Assembly: GCA_021730945.1 (NCBI GenBank)
Contig: JAKFYH010000005.1
Span: 34 to 64,033 of the forward strand
DNA: 64,000 bases
Direction of reading: 5' to 3'
From: Acidobacteriota bacterium
GTDB taxonomy: Bacteria; Acidobacteriota; Vicinamibacteria; Vicinamibacterales; UBA2999
Shown here: positions 18,544-30,574 of the stretch, piece after piece
Layout of the letters: every line of letters starts with the position of its first letter
Position numbering within the stretch: the first letter of the stretch is position 1
Notes under the pieces: model-generated
Database searches by the model: none
What the model was told of the DNA's origin: nothing
What the model saw: the letters and a program-made list of their open reading frames with translations, nothing else
Position numbers and translations under genes: made by a program

Positions 18544-18571
18544 GGCTCGCGCTGCGCGCTCGTAGGGGATC

Positions 18572-19246
18572 ATGGCGTTCATCACCGTTACGGGGCTCAA
18601 CAAGTACTACAGCGTCGCCGGTAATCGGTTGCACGTGTTGCGCGACCTCGATCTCACCGTCGAGAAGGGCGAGATGGTGGCCATCATGGGCGCCTCGGGG
18701 GTCGGCAAGAGCACGCTGCTGCACGTGATGGGCGGACTCGACACCTGTGACAGCGGCCGGGTCCAGGTGGGCGAGCACGACATCTCCGGCATGGCCGACG
18801 ATGCGCGGGTGGCCTTTCGTAATCGTCACATCGGATTCGTGTTCCAGTTCCACCACTTGCTGCCCGAGTTCACCGCGATCGAGAACGCGATGATGCCGAT
18901 GCGGATCGCCCGCGTCCCGGTGGCCGCCGCACGGCCGCGCGCCGAGACGCTGCTGACGCGGGTTGGCCTCGGCGAGCGGCTGGATCATCGGCCGGGCATG
19001 TTGTCGGGCGGCGAGCAGCAGCGGGTGGCGGTGTCGCGGGCGCTGGTCATGCAGCCCTCGTTGTTGCTGGCCGACGAACCGACCGGCGACCTGGATGAGA
19101 AGACCGCCGATGCCCTGCATCAACTGCTGCGCGCCATGCATGCCGAGTTCGGCCTGACAGCGGTAATTGCCACCCACAACCCCCGCCTCGCGGCGCAGTG
19201 TGACCGCACCCTGCGCCTCGAAGGCGGCCGGCTGATTCCAGCCTAG
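18572..19246 (+). CDS. lolD: Lipoprotein-releasing system ATP-binding protein
   Basis: Walker A GASGVGKST, signature LSGGEQQRV, Walker B LLLADEPTG. Confidence 0.9.
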   Translation: MAFITVTGLNKYYSVAGNRLHVLRDLDLTVEKGEMVAIMGASGVGKSTLLHVMGGLDTCDSGRVQVGEHDISGMADDARVAFRNRHIGFVFQFHHLLPEFTAIENAMMPMRIARVPVAAARPRAETLLTRVGLGERLDHRPGMLSGGEQQRVAVSRALVMQPSLLLADEPTGDLDEKTADALHQLLRAMHAEFGLTAVIATHNPRLAAQCDRTLRLEGGRLIPA

Positions 19247-20277
19247 CGGCCGCGCCGCAGGGTCTCGACTTCAATCGCCGCCAGCAGCGCCATGGCGCCG
19301 CCGCGATCGTCGGCGCCGTTCACCACGGGCCGGTTCAGGTAGTACTCCTTCGTGGGACCGGCCCCGGTGCCCGAGCACACGTCCCGCACGGTGCCATCCG
19401 GCATCACGCGCGCCGCGACGGCAGCCCAGCCGCGATCGATGATCGGCTGATAGGTCGCGCGGTCGATCCACCCGCGCCCGACCCCACGCGCCAGGGCGGC
19501 GACAATCATCGCCGTCGCGGTCAGTTCGCGATAGCTCGACGGTTCGTCGATCACCTGACGCCAACTGCCGTCGTCCGACTGGTGCTTCGCCAGCGCCGCG
19601 ACATGGGTGCGATAGATGGTAAGCAGGCTGGGCGAGTTATCCGGAAGTCGCGTGAGCGCCTCGGTCACGCCGAGCAGCGCGAAACCGTTGCCGCGGCCCC
19701 AGGCGTGTGGCCCGTCCTCGGCATGGATGTAGAGGCCATCCGGCCGCTGCAGCTTGTTGGCGTAGGTGGTCAGCATGGTGCCCAGGCGCGACACCCATTC
19801 CGGGTTGCCGGAGCGCGACAGGACCGAGGACGTCATGAACATGTCGTCGGTCCAGAATGTGGCAAAGCGATACGTGCCGATCGGCGTATCGGTGATGAAG
19901 GTGGCCACCTGCAATCCGAGCCCGTTGGCTTGCGGAGTCTGGGCGAAGGTGGCCGCATCAAAGAAGGCCAGCGCCCCGGCCAGGCTGGTGAGGCGATACG
20001 GCTCAGCGATGGCGGGCGTCTGGCCGGTGAGCAAGGCTTGCATGTCCTTCACCGCCTTGTCGCGCCACTGCGGCTCGCCCGTTAACACCGACAGGCGGAG
20101 GGCCCCCGACCACGACAGCGCCGGGATGTAGCTCATGATGGGTTGGGCGGGATAGCGCGCGGCCAGCACCCGGGCGATTTGCAGGGGACTAGCGGGATCC
20201 ATGCCCGGGCCCTGGGCCGGCGCCGGCGCAGCAAGCAGGGTGAGCGCCACGACGGTCGCGATGGTGAGATTTTGCAT
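19243..20277 (-). CDS. Secreted glycosyl hydrolase family 88/105-like protein (unsaturated glucuronyl/rhamnogalacturonyl hydrolase fold)
   Basis: Signal peptide, then FWTDDMFM and HAWGRGNGF motifs and DGSWRQV. Confidence 0.6.
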   Translation of the reverse strand: MQNLTIATVVALTLLAAPAPAQGPGMDPASPLQIARVLAARYPAQPIMSYIPALSWSGALRLSVLTGEPQWRDKAVKDMQALLTGQTPAIAEPYRLTSLAGALAFFDAATFAQTPQANGLGLQVATFITDTPIGTYRFATFWTDDMFMTSSVLSRSGNPEWVSRLGTMLTTYANKLQRPDGLYIHAEDGPHAWGRGNGFALLGVTEALTRLPDNSPSLLTIYRTHVAALAKHQSDDGSWRQVIDEPSSYRELTATAMIVAALARGVGRGWIDRATYQPIIDRGWAAVAARVMPDGTVRDVCSGTGAGPTKEYYLNRPVVNGADDRGGAMALLAAIEVETLRRGR

Positions 20278-20347
20278 TTGGCCTTCCGGTTTGGTGGCAT
20301 CCTACACCTGTGCTGTCGAGCTTGGAATAGGCAGCCAAGGAGCAAAC

Positions 20348-20731
20348 ATGGTTCGACGAGGCTTTTTGATCTTTGTGTGCGCGTTGATGATGGCGCCGGC
20401 GTTCGCTTGGGCGCAGGATGGCAAGGCGTTTGTGGGCGACTGGGTGCTGAGCATCGAAGGTCGCCGCGGGATGCAGGAGCGGCCCTTGAGCGTCAAGGAA
20501 GCCGGCGGCAAGATGACGGCGGAACTGGGCGGCGGGCGCGGCGGCCCGGTGACCATCACCGACGTCACCGCCAAGGGCGCCGATCTGATCCTGAAGTTCA
20601 ACCAGGAAGGCCCCCAGGGCGCGATCGACGTCGTCATGACGCTGACCTTGAAGGACGGCGCGCTGACCGTGAAGCAGGACATGGCCGGCGGCCAGTTCAG
20701 CCAGACCGGCACCGGCAAGAAGAAGGGCTAA
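20348..20731 (+). CDS. Secreted hypothetical protein (127 aa)
   Basis: AAGGAG 6 nt upstream of ATG 20348. Signal peptide MVRRGFLIFVCALMMAPAFAWA/QD. No recognisable family. Confidence 0.6.
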   Translation: MVRRGFLIFVCALMMAPAFAWAQDGKAFVGDWVLSIEGRRGMQERPLSVKEAGGKMTAELGGGRGGPVTITDVTAKGADLILKFNQEGPQGAIDVVMTLTLKDGALTVKQDMAGGQFSQTGTGKKKG

Positions 20732-20733
20732 GC

Positions 20734-23211
20734 CTACGGCGCGTACCAGCGCCGCAACTGCGCTTCGAGTTCGGCGGACGCTACGAACAGGTCCGCCGGA
20801 TATCGGCGATACGCCAGCATCGCCTGGAAGATCAGGAAGCGCTCCTCCACATTGGCCGCCAGTCCGGCCAGGTACTGCAATCGCAGATGCCGCTCGCGGT
20901 TAATCTCGGCGCCGGCCAGCCACGGCGCCAGGTCCTGACTGCGCCCGGCATAGGTGCTCAGCAGCGCGCCAGCCGACCGGATCGAGACGCCCGCCAGCGA
21001 CGCCCGCACCGCGGGACTCGCGGCCAGGCGCTGGTCGATTGCGGCTTCGCTGATCGGGGCCGCGGCGACGCGGCCGAGCGCCACCAGGTCGTAGCCTTCC
21101 TCGAGCATGTCGGGGTTCCACAGCGTCGTGTCGGGAAACACCTGCGCGAACGTCGCGATCTCGCTCTTCACCGAGCGCGCGTCGGTCTCGTAGAGCGGCA
21201 CCCACTGCGTCACCACGCCGCCGGGGTTGAGGTGGTCGCGTACCAACTGCAGATACTCGAGCGAGTAGAGTGTCGCCGCGCCCCGCACCCACGGGTGAAT
21301 CGGGTCCGACGTGATGATGTCGAAGGTCTCGGTCGTGGTCTGCAGGAAGTGCCGGGCGTCGTCGAGGATCAACTCGACTCGCGGGTCGTCAAAGACATGG
21401 TGGTTCTCGTCGCCAAAGTACGCCCGCGCGCTGGCCGGCACCATCGGCTCGATCTCGCAGACGACGATGCGTTCCACTTCGGGATGGATGGCAAGTGCGC
21501 CGGCCGTCACGCCGGCGCCGACGCCGACAATCAGGATGGACCGCGGGCGTGGGTGGACAAGCGCCGGGATGTGTCCGAGCATCCGCTCCAGCCGCATGTC
21601 GACGTCGAGGTCCGAGGCCTCCACCTTGCCGGCGATGTGGAACTGCCGGGTGCCGCCGACCCCTTCGGTGACGGCGACCGAGGAGGTGGACCCTTCGGCC
21701 AGGTAGAGGAAGCGTTGAATCGAGTCCCACGAGGGCACCGAGCGGCCGTAGGCGATCAAGCGGCCGGGCACCGGCGGCACGACGGCGACCGCGAGCGCGG
21801 CGGCGATCAAGGCGGTTCCGAGCGGCACGATGCGGCGCTGCGAGCGGACCGACCACAACAAGACAATGCCGGTGAGCGCGGCGACGACGACGAGCAATTG
21901 CTGCGCGGCATGGCTGCCGAGCCACGGAATGCCAAACAGCGTCAAGGCCAGCGTTCCGGCCAGCGCTCCCGTGGTGTTGATGGCGTTGACCCGCGACACG
22001 TGCCGCGCGAGGCTGCTCGCGGCCGGCCCAGGGGCAAACCCGGGGGCCGCCAGCGCCAAGGGAAAGCTGGCGCCCCAGATGAAGGTTGCCGGCAACATCG
22101 CCGCGGCGCACCGCATTGCATCGAAGGTGAAGGCATATGCCGGTGTCGCGCGCACCCACGGCAGGAACTCGCGAGTCGGTTGCCACAGCGGCAAGGCGTT
22201 GACGATCATCCAGGCGCCAAACCCGATAGCCACGGCGAGTGCCACCTGGAAACGGCCGAGCAGCAGCGCGGGATCGCTGGTCCGCCGGGCCAGTGAGGCA
22301 CCGGCCAGGCCACCGGCGCCAAGCCCGCCCAGAAACACCGCCAGGATCAGCGAGAAGGTGTAGACACTGGCTCCGAACAACAGCGACAGTTGCCGCGTCC
22401 ACACCACTTCGGCGCCGAGCGCGGTGAATCCGGAAAGGGCGGCGGCGACATACACGGGCACCAGCCCCGAAGGCATTAGTGCCCGAAGTGCTGGGGGCCC
22501 GCCATCGCGGCCGGAAGACGCTTCCGCCTTCGCTGAAGCTACGGCGGACAAGTCGACGAGGTCTCGCTGGAGCTCGCCTGCTGGTTCGCGAGCGGGGGCG
22601 GATGCCGGTGCCGGGGCGGCCATGCGGCTCGCCATCGCCCAGGCGGCAAGGGCGACCACCACGTTGATCGCGACCGCCACGCCGCCGGCCACCACCGTGT
22701 CGAACACACGCAGCAGGTAGAAGCCCGCCAGCACCGTGCCGACGGTGCCGCCGGCAATGTTCGCTGTGTAGATGACGCCGGTCCGTGCCGCGCCCTCACG
22801 CGTGCTGCCGAGCCAGCGGGCAATCACCGGGAGGGTCGCACCCATCAACATGGTGGGTGGTGTCAGTAGCAGCCCGCAGACCAGTCCACGCAGCAGGATC
22901 CCGCCGAACCCATAGCCGACCGCCGCCACGTAGGCCTGCTGGACCAGGGGCAAGGCCAAGGGAATGAGCAGGCCCATCACGGCGATGCCGGCTTCGAGCA
23001 CCGCGATGACGCGAAGGGGATGCGCGGTGACTGGCGCGAAGCGGGGCAGCCATGCGCTGCCGAGCGCCATGCCGCCCATGAAGCTGCACAGCAGCACCGC
23101 CACCGAGATCGACGAGGCGCCGACCACCAACTGGACGTGGTGAAACCAGACAGTTTCGTAGATCAGCGCGGCGCAGCCGCTGGCAAAGAAGAGGACGGAC
23201 AGAATACGCAC
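20734..23211 (-). CDS. Fused polytopic membrane domain / spermidine-synthase-like methyltransferase-fold protein
   Basis: MRILSVLFFASGCAALIYETVWF..., many TM helices, then ILIVGVGAGVTAGA...ITSDPIHPW (SpeE-like) and a C-terminal helical region. Confidence 0.75.
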   Translation of the reverse strand: MRILSVLFFASGCAALIYETVWFHHVQLVVGASSISVAVLLCSFMGGMALGSAWLPRFAPVTAHPLRVIAVLEAGIAVMGLLIPLALPLVQQAYVAAVGYGFGGILLRGLVCGLLLTPPTMLMGATLPVIARWLGSTREGAARTGVIYTANIAGGTVGTVLAGFYLLRVFDTVVAGGVAVAINVVVALAAWAMASRMAAPAPASAPAREPAGELQRDLVDLSAVASAKAEASSGRDGGPPALRALMPSGLVPVYVAAALSGFTALGAEVVWTRQLSLLFGASVYTFSLILAVFLGGLGAGGLAGASLARRTSDPALLLGRFQVALAVAIGFGAWMIVNALPLWQPTREFLPWVRATPAYAFTFDAMRCAAAMLPATFIWGASFPLALAAPGFAPGPAASSLARHVSRVNAINTTGALAGTLALTLFGIPWLGSHAAQQLLVVVAALTGIVLLWSVRSQRRIVPLGTALIAAALAVAVVPPVPGRLIAYGRSVPSWDSIQRFLYLAEGSTSSVAVTEGVGGTRQFHIAGKVEASDLDVDMRLERMLGHIPALVHPRPRSILIVGVGAGVTAGALAIHPEVERIVVCEIEPMVPASARAYFGDENHHVFDDPRVELILDDARHFLQTTTETFDIITSDPIHPWVRGAATLYSLEYLQLVRDHLNPGGVVTQWVPLYETDARSVKSEIATFAQVFPDTTLWNPDMLEEGYDLVALGRVAAAPISEAAIDQRLAASPAVRASLAGVSIRSAGALLSTYAGRSQDLAPWLAGAEINRERHLRLQYLAGLAANVEERFLIFQAMLAYRRYPADLFVASAELEAQLRRWYAP

Positions 23212-23220
23212 GGACAGCCC

Positions 23221-24108
23221 TTACGACAGGTTCGCCAGTTTAAAAATCGCCTTGGCCAGCCCGGAATAGTCTTCCTCGCCCTCGCCGGCCGTGATCTGCG
23301 CCTGCACCAGTTGCTGTACGACCGCGCTGGTGGTGGCCGGCACCCCATTCTCGGCCAGGGTATTGAGGGCGATGCCGAGATCCTTCTTGAAGAACTTCGC
23401 CTTGAAGCCCGGCTTCCAGTTGCCGGTGATCATGCGCTCGCCGTGCACGTCGAGTACGCGGCTCTGCGCGAAGCCGCCCATCAAGGCCGCGCGCACCTTC
23501 ATGGGATCGACGCCGGCCTTGCGCGAGAGCGCGATCGCCTCCGCCACCACCGCCATCGTCCCGCCGAGGACGATCTGGTTGCACGCCTTGCAGATCTGTC
23601 CCGCGCCGGAGTCGCCGACGTGAACGATCTTCTCGGGTGAACCCATGGCCTCGATCGCCGGACGCATCTGATCGATGGCGGCGGCGTCGCCGCCGATCAT
23701 GAACGCCAGCGTGCCGGCGATGGCGCCAATCTCGCCGCCGCTGACCGGCGCGTCGAGGAACTGGCCGCCACGCTGGGCCGTGGCCGCGGCCAGCCGCTTG
23801 GCCGTGGCCGGGGCAATGGTCGAGGAGTCGAGGATGATCGTGCCGGGTTGCATCGCGCTGAAGATGCCATTGGCACCCTCGAGCACGAGGGTAACGTCCG
23901 GGCCGTCGGGGAGCATGGTGACGATCTGCGCGGCGGCGCGCGCCACTTCGGCCGGGGAACCGGCGGCCGTCGCACCGGCGGCGACCAGCGCATCCACCGG
24001 TCCGCGACTGCGGCTGTGAACGACGACCGCGAAGCCCTTCTTGAGGAGGTTGAGGGCCATGGGCTTGCCCATGAGGCCCAATCCAATGAAACCGACGATG
24101 TTAGCCAT
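23221..24108 (-). CDS. NAD(P)-dependent 3-hydroxyisobutyrate / 2-hydroxy-3-oxopropionate dehydrogenase family oxidoreductase
   Basis: From ATG 24108: MANIVGFIGLGLMGKPMALNL (Rossmann fold), ...DAPVSGG... Confidence 0.85.
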   Translation of the reverse strand: MANIVGFIGLGLMGKPMALNLLKKGFAVVVHSRSRGPVDALVAAGATAAGSPAEVARAAAQIVTMLPDGPDVTLVLEGANGIFSAMQPGTIILDSSTIAPATAKRLAAATAQRGGQFLDAPVSGGEIGAIAGTLAFMIGGDAAAIDQMRPAIEAMGSPEKIVHVGDSGAGQICKACNQIVLGGTMAVVAEAIALSRKAGVDPMKVRAALMGGFAQSRVLDVHGERMITGNWKPGFKAKFFKKDLGIALNTLAENGVPATTSAVVQQLVQAQITAGEGEEDYSGLAKAIFKLANLS

Positions 24109-24196
24109 GGCGACAGGATAACGATCCAAATCTCCGAAGTCTCGCAATTTCTGCCACTTACAGCCGCCCCGCGGGCGAAACGGCGTCATCCTGCCG

Positions 24197-24202
24197 TATA
24201 AT
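24197..24202 (+). promoter_or_regulatory. -10-like TATAAT upstream of clpC
   Basis: Perfect TATAAT 58 nt upstream of ATG 24260, in a divergent intergenic region. Confidence 0.35.
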
Positions 24203-24259
24203 GTCGTGAAGGGGGCAACGGCGGCGGACGAGTCCCGCCGGAGCCGTTGGCGGAGCCGG

Positions 24260-26704
<2,445 letters not shown>

Positions 26705-26713
26705 GTTTTACTA

Positions 26714-26730
26714 GCCCGCCTCCGGCGGGC
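26714..26730 (+). terminator. Short GC hairpin after clpC (weak terminator candidate)
   Basis: gcccgcc-tcc-ggcgggc, 10 nt after the TAA. No clear U-tract. Confidence 0.25.
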
Positions 26731-26779
26731 GGGGTAGCATTAAGGGTTGATTAGCCAGCGTTCGGCAGGTGTGTACGAA

Positions 26780-29422
26780 TTGATTTCACGAATTCTGATT
26801 GTTTCGGCGCTCTTGGCGGCTTCCGCCGTCCCGGCTTCGGCGCAGGTGCCGGCCCCGGAGCAGGCCCCGGCGGTCCAGCGCGCGGCGCCCAGCCGTCTGC
26901 CGGCGGCGGGTTCGGGACCCGTCGTGTGGCCGACCGAGATCCGGTTCCACCCGATCAACGAGTCGATCATCGAGCCGCAGACTTACCTGTACTACATCCA
27001 GACGCCGCTCAGCCGTCCCTCCGAAGGCGTGTGGACGCCGTACAACGAGTCGACCGAGCAGTTGCTGCTCGATGACTTCAAGCGGTTGTGGGCCACCAGC
27101 TTCCTCGACAACCTGTGGATTGAGACCATCGACTACACGCTGGAAAACGGCGTGCCGGCCAAACATGTGATCTACCACATGGAGGAACGGCCGCGCGTCA
27201 AGATCGTCGACTACACCGGGTCGACCAAGGTCGAACGCACCAAGATCGACGAGAAGATGAAGGAGCTCGGCATCTCGCTCAGGCTCGATTCGTTCCTGGA
27301 CGAGGCGGTGGTGCGGCGTGTGCAGGGGCTGGTCAAGAGCTTCATGGCCCAGAAGGGCTACGAGTTCGCCGAAGTGACGTCGATCGTCGAGCCGCTGCCG
27401 ACCGGCCCCAAGCTGGTCAAGGTGGTGTTCGACGTGAAGGAGGGGCCGAAGGTCAAGATTCGGACCATCAACTTCAACGGCAACGTCGAGGTCAGCGACC
27501 GCGCCCTGGGCCGCCAGATGAAGTCGACCAAGGCGCACAACTGGCTGTCGTGGATCGGCGGCAAGGGCACTTATCAGGAAGCCAAGTTCGAGGAAGACGC
27601 CGAGAAGGTGATCGAGTACTACCGCAACAAGGGCTACATCACCGCCCGCGTTGGTACGCCCGAGATCAAAACGATCGAGGACAGCGCCGACAAGGAGACC
27701 CGCTGGGTCGAGCTGAACGTGCCGATTGATGAAGGCCCGCGCTACAAAGTCGGCGAGTTCAAGTTCGACGGCAACAAGATCGTCAAGACCGAGTTCCTGG
27801 AGCCGCTCTTCAAGTTGAAGACCGGCGACTGGTATAGCGACAAGCCGATTCGCAACGGCCTGGTGAAGTCACGCGAGGTCTACGGTGCCGGCGGCTACTT
27901 CGAGTTCACCGGATTTCCTGATCTCGAGCCGGTCGAGGCGGCAGCCGGCCCGATGGCGGGTTCGGTCGAGCCCACCGTCAACGTCACCCTGCGCATGCAG
28001 GAGGGCGAGCAGTACTTCGTCAATCGGCTGACCTTCGTCGGCAACTCGACCACTCGCGACAACGTGATTCGCCGCGAAGTGCGGCTGCTCGAAGGCGCGC
28101 CGTTCAACACGGAGTCGCTGAAGTACAGCATCAAGCGCCTCAATCAGCTCGGCTACTTCAAGCCGCTCGAAGAGGGCCAGGGCGTCGACGTGGCGAAGAC
28201 CCCCGGCGAGAAGAACCAGGTCGACGTCACGCTCAAGCTGGAAGAGCAGAACCGCAACCAGCTGACCTTCGGCGCCGGCGTCTCGCAGTTCGAGGGGTTC
28301 TTCGGCCAGCTCTCGTTCCAGACCTCGAACTTCCTCGGCCGCGGTGAGGCGCTCACCGTGTCGCTGCAGATGGGATCGCGGTCTGAGAACTACCAGGTGG
28401 CCTTCTCGGAGCCGTTCCTGTTCGACCGCAACATCACCGGCGGCGTGGACATCTACAAGCGGACCCTGCGCTACATCGACCAGTTCACGCAGGAGGCGAC
28501 CGGTGGCAACGTCACCATGGGCTTTCCGCTGGCCGGCTTCTCGCGCATGTTCATGGTCTACAGCTTCGAGGCCGTCAAGGTCGGCGACCTGAACCCACTG
28601 TTCTACTCGGACGAGCTGGTCCGCCGGAACCCTTATCTGGCCGATTCGCTGTTGATCGGCCAGGGCGGCCGCCGCACGATCAGCAAGGTCACGCCCAGCT
28701 TCGTTCACAACACCGTCGACAACCCGATCTTCCCGAACAGCGGCACCCGCCTCACCGGCTCGATCGATCTGGCCGGCGCCGGCGGCAATACCAATTTCCT
28801 GAAGCCGCGGTTCGAGTACGCGCGCTTTCAGCCGCTCAATCGCCGCACCTCGCTTGGGTTCCGCACCCAGTTCGAGTGGATCAAGCCCTACGGCAGCACG
28901 ACGACCATCCCGATTACCGAATCGCTTTACCTGGGCGGCGAATACACCATCCGCGGCTACGACATTCGCTCAATCGGCCCGCGCGACCCCCAGAACCCGT
29001 ATCTGGTGCTGGGCGGCAACAAGAGCATGCTCTTCAACGCCGAGTACCTGATCAACATTGCCGGCCCGGTCCGGCTGGTGTTGTTCTACGACACCGGCCA
29101 GGTGCGGACGATTGGCCAGAGCTTCGCGATGAAGGAAGACATCACCGAGACGGTCGATCCCAATATTCCCGTGATTGTCGATCCGTTCACGACGACCCAG
29201 TTTGTGAACCCCAATGCGCTGCCGACCTACCAGCGGGCGATCGGGCAGACCAGCGCGTTCAAGACCTCGACCGGCGCCGAAATTCGCTTCTTCATGCCGG
29301 TGCTGAACGTGCCATTCCGGCTGATCTTCGCCTACAACCCGCAGCGCTACGGCATTCTCGACAACAGCCTGCGGCCAGCCAAGAAGTTCACCTTCAAGTT
29401 CGCGGTGGGTTCGACGTTCTAG
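26780..29422 (+). CDS. bamA: Outer-membrane protein assembly factor BamA
   Basis: POTRA repeats, then a C-terminal beta-barrel ending ...FKFAVGSTF. TTG 26780 gives M-ISRILIVSALLAASAVPASA/Q with AGGTG 8 nt upstream. GTG 26771 and TTG 26747 are alternatives. Confidence 0.9.
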   Translation: MISRILIVSALLAASAVPASAQVPAPEQAPAVQRAAPSRLPAAGSGPVVWPTEIRFHPINESIIEPQTYLYYIQTPLSRPSEGVWTPYNESTEQLLLDDFKRLWATSFLDNLWIETIDYTLENGVPAKHVIYHMEERPRVKIVDYTGSTKVERTKIDEKMKELGISLRLDSFLDEAVVRRVQGLVKSFMAQKGYEFAEVTSIVEPLPTGPKLVKVVFDVKEGPKVKIRTINFNGNVEVSDRALGRQMKSTKAHNWLSWIGGKGTYQEAKFEEDAEKVIEYYRNKGYITARVGTPEIKTIEDSADKETRWVELNVPIDEGPRYKVGEFKFDGNKIVKTEFLEPLFKLKTGDWYSDKPIRNGLVKSREVYGAGGYFEFTGFPDLEPVEAAAGPMAGSVEPTVNVTLRMQEGEQYFVNRLTFVGNSTTRDNVIRREVRLLEGAPFNTESLKYSIKRLNQLGYFKPLEEGQGVDVAKTPGEKNQVDVTLKLEEQNRNQLTFGAGVSQFEGFFGQLSFQTSNFLGRGEALTVSLQMGSRSENYQVAFSEPFLFDRNITGGVDIYKRTLRYIDQFTQEATGGNVTMGFPLAGFSRMFMVYSFEAVKVGDLNPLFYSDELVRRNPYLADSLLIGQGGRRTISKVTPSFVHNTVDNPIFPNSGTRLTGSIDLAGAGGNTNFLKPRFEYARFQPLNRRTSLGFRTQFEWIKPYGSTTTIPITESLYLGGEYTIRGYDIRSIGPRDPQNPYLVLGGNKSMLFNAEYLINIAGPVRLVLFYDTGQVRTIGQSFAMKEDITETVDPNIPVIVDPFTTTQFVNPNALPTYQRAIGQTSAFKTSTGAEIRFFMPVLNVPFRLIFAYNPQRYGILDNSLRPAKKFTFKFAVGSTF

Positions 29423-29446
29423 CCCGATCCAGTGCCAAGGAATCTC

Positions 29447-29866
29447 ATGCGTGTATTCAAGCTCGTCGCGTTAGTACTGCCGCTGGCCATGTTGGCCGTG
29501 GCCTGCGAAGGCGACATCGCCAATATCCCCACGACTCCGGACCCGGTGGCCGTGACCGAGACGTTCTCGGGCACCTTGACCAGGAATGGCGCCGCCACCC
29601 ACACCTTCTACACCTCAGCCACCGGGACGGTCACGGCGACGTTGACCTCGCTTGGTGAGGAACCGCCGGAGATGGTTGGCATCAGCCTGGGCACCTTCAG
29701 TTCCACCCAGGTCTGTTCCACCATCCTGTCGCGAGACAATGCCGTCGTCACCACCGTGGTCGAGGGAACCGTGACTACCCTGGGTGGCAGCCTGTGCGTG
29801 AGAATCTACGATGTGGGCAGCCTGGCCGGGCCGGTGCCCTACGAGATCCGGGTCGATCACAAGTAG
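29447..29866 (+). CDS. Lipoprotein of unknown function between bamA and skp
   Basis: AAGGA 5 nt upstream of ATG 29447. MRVFKLVALVLPLAMLAVAC with lipobox LAVAC. Thr/Val-rich beta-type sequence. Confidence 0.6.
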   Translation: MRVFKLVALVLPLAMLAVACEGDIANIPTTPDPVAVTETFSGTLTRNGAATHTFYTSATGTVTATLTSLGEEPPEMVGISLGTFSSTQVCSTILSRDNAVVTTVVEGTVTTLGGSLCVRIYDVGSLAGPVPYEIRVDHK

Positions 29867-29911
29867 TGTAAAATCATCGGCTTAGCGTCACTGACCGAAA
29901 GGACCTTTGTA

Positions 29912-30574
29912 ATGAGAGCTGTTGCTGTCGTTGTTGTGCTCAGCGCGGTGCTGATCGCATCCCCTGCCTTCGCCCAGGCGCCCGCGGCCCCGGCTCCGGC
30001 TCCGGCCAAGCCCGCGGCTCCGGCCGCGGCTGAGCCCGCCCCGGCGCCTGCCCAGCCCGCCGCCCCTCGTGCGTTCCCACAGGGCGCCAAGGTCGCATAC
30101 GTGGTGCTGCAGCGGATTGCCAACGAATCGGCCGATGGCCGCGTCGCAACCACTCGCATCCAGGCCCTGCAGCAGAAAAAGGCGGCTGAGCTCACGTCAA
30201 AGCAGACGCAGCTGGCCGGCATGCAGGCCAAGCTCGAGAAGGAAGGCTCGGTCATGAGCGCGTCGGCCTCGGGCGACCTGCAGAAGCAGATCGAGAAGCT
30301 GAACGTGGAAGTCCAGCGCTTCACCCAGGACGCCCAGGCGGAAGTGACCGAACTGCAGCAGACCTTGCAGGGCGAGTTCCAGGAGCGCCTCGAACCGGTG
30401 CTGCAGCAGGTGGCGGTCGAAATGGGCCTCCAGTTCGTCTTCAACGGTCCGGACGCCGGACTGGTCTGGGCGGACGCCGCTCTGGACATCTCGGGCGAAG
30501 TCATCAAGAAGCTCGACATGGCCAAGCCCGCCACCGCCAAGCCGGCCGCGCCCACCAAGCCCCCCGGCCGGTGA
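29912..30574 (+). CDS. skp: OmpH/Skp-family periplasmic chaperone
   Basis: Signal peptide, Ala/Pro-rich linker, then a coiled-coil region (QALQQKKAAELTSKQTQLAGMQAKLEKE...). Position after bamA. Confidence 0.75.
   Translation: MRAVAVVVVLSAVLIASPAFAQAPAAPAPAPAKPAAPAAAEPAPAPAQPAAPRAFPQGAKVAYVVLQRIANESADGRVATTRIQALQQKKAAELTSKQTQLAGMQAKLEKEGSVMSASASGDLQKQIEKLNVEVQRFTQDAQAEVTELQQTLQGEFQERLEPVLQQVAVEMGLQFVFNGPDAGLVWADAALDISGEVIKKLDMAKPATAKPAAPTKPPGR

Noticed and set aside
18544-18571. Possible repeat (tagggctcgcgc ... ctcgtagggg) between lolC/E and lolD.
   Set aside because: Only a short 5-6-nt recurrence, with no clear tandem or inverted symmetry. It is too weak to report.
22466-22600. Possible REP-like element inserted in frame in the spermidine-synthase-like gene. 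It would encode ...LSAVASAKAEASSGRDGGPPALRA and shares GGGGGCCCGCC and CGCCTTCGCT with the region at 53491-53510.
   Set aside because: Exact 10-11-mers shared between two sites are expected many times by chance in 64 kb of this base composition. The order and orientation of the shared pieces also differ. It is kept only as a note that this loop is a low-complexity insert.
29432-29441. The string gtgccaagga recurs at 29432, 52421 and (as gtgccaag) 40313, hinting at a shared regulatory motif.
   Set aside because: A 10-mer recurrence is not statistically meaningful here, and AAGGA is simply SD-like. Only the tandem arrays themselves are reported.
29950-30065. Ala/Pro-rich nucleotide low complexity in skp, and the Pro-rich stretch in the tonB-like gene (about 39500-39830).
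   Set aside because: These are typical flexible linker regions of such proteins. They are in frame and lack exact nucleotide periodicity.
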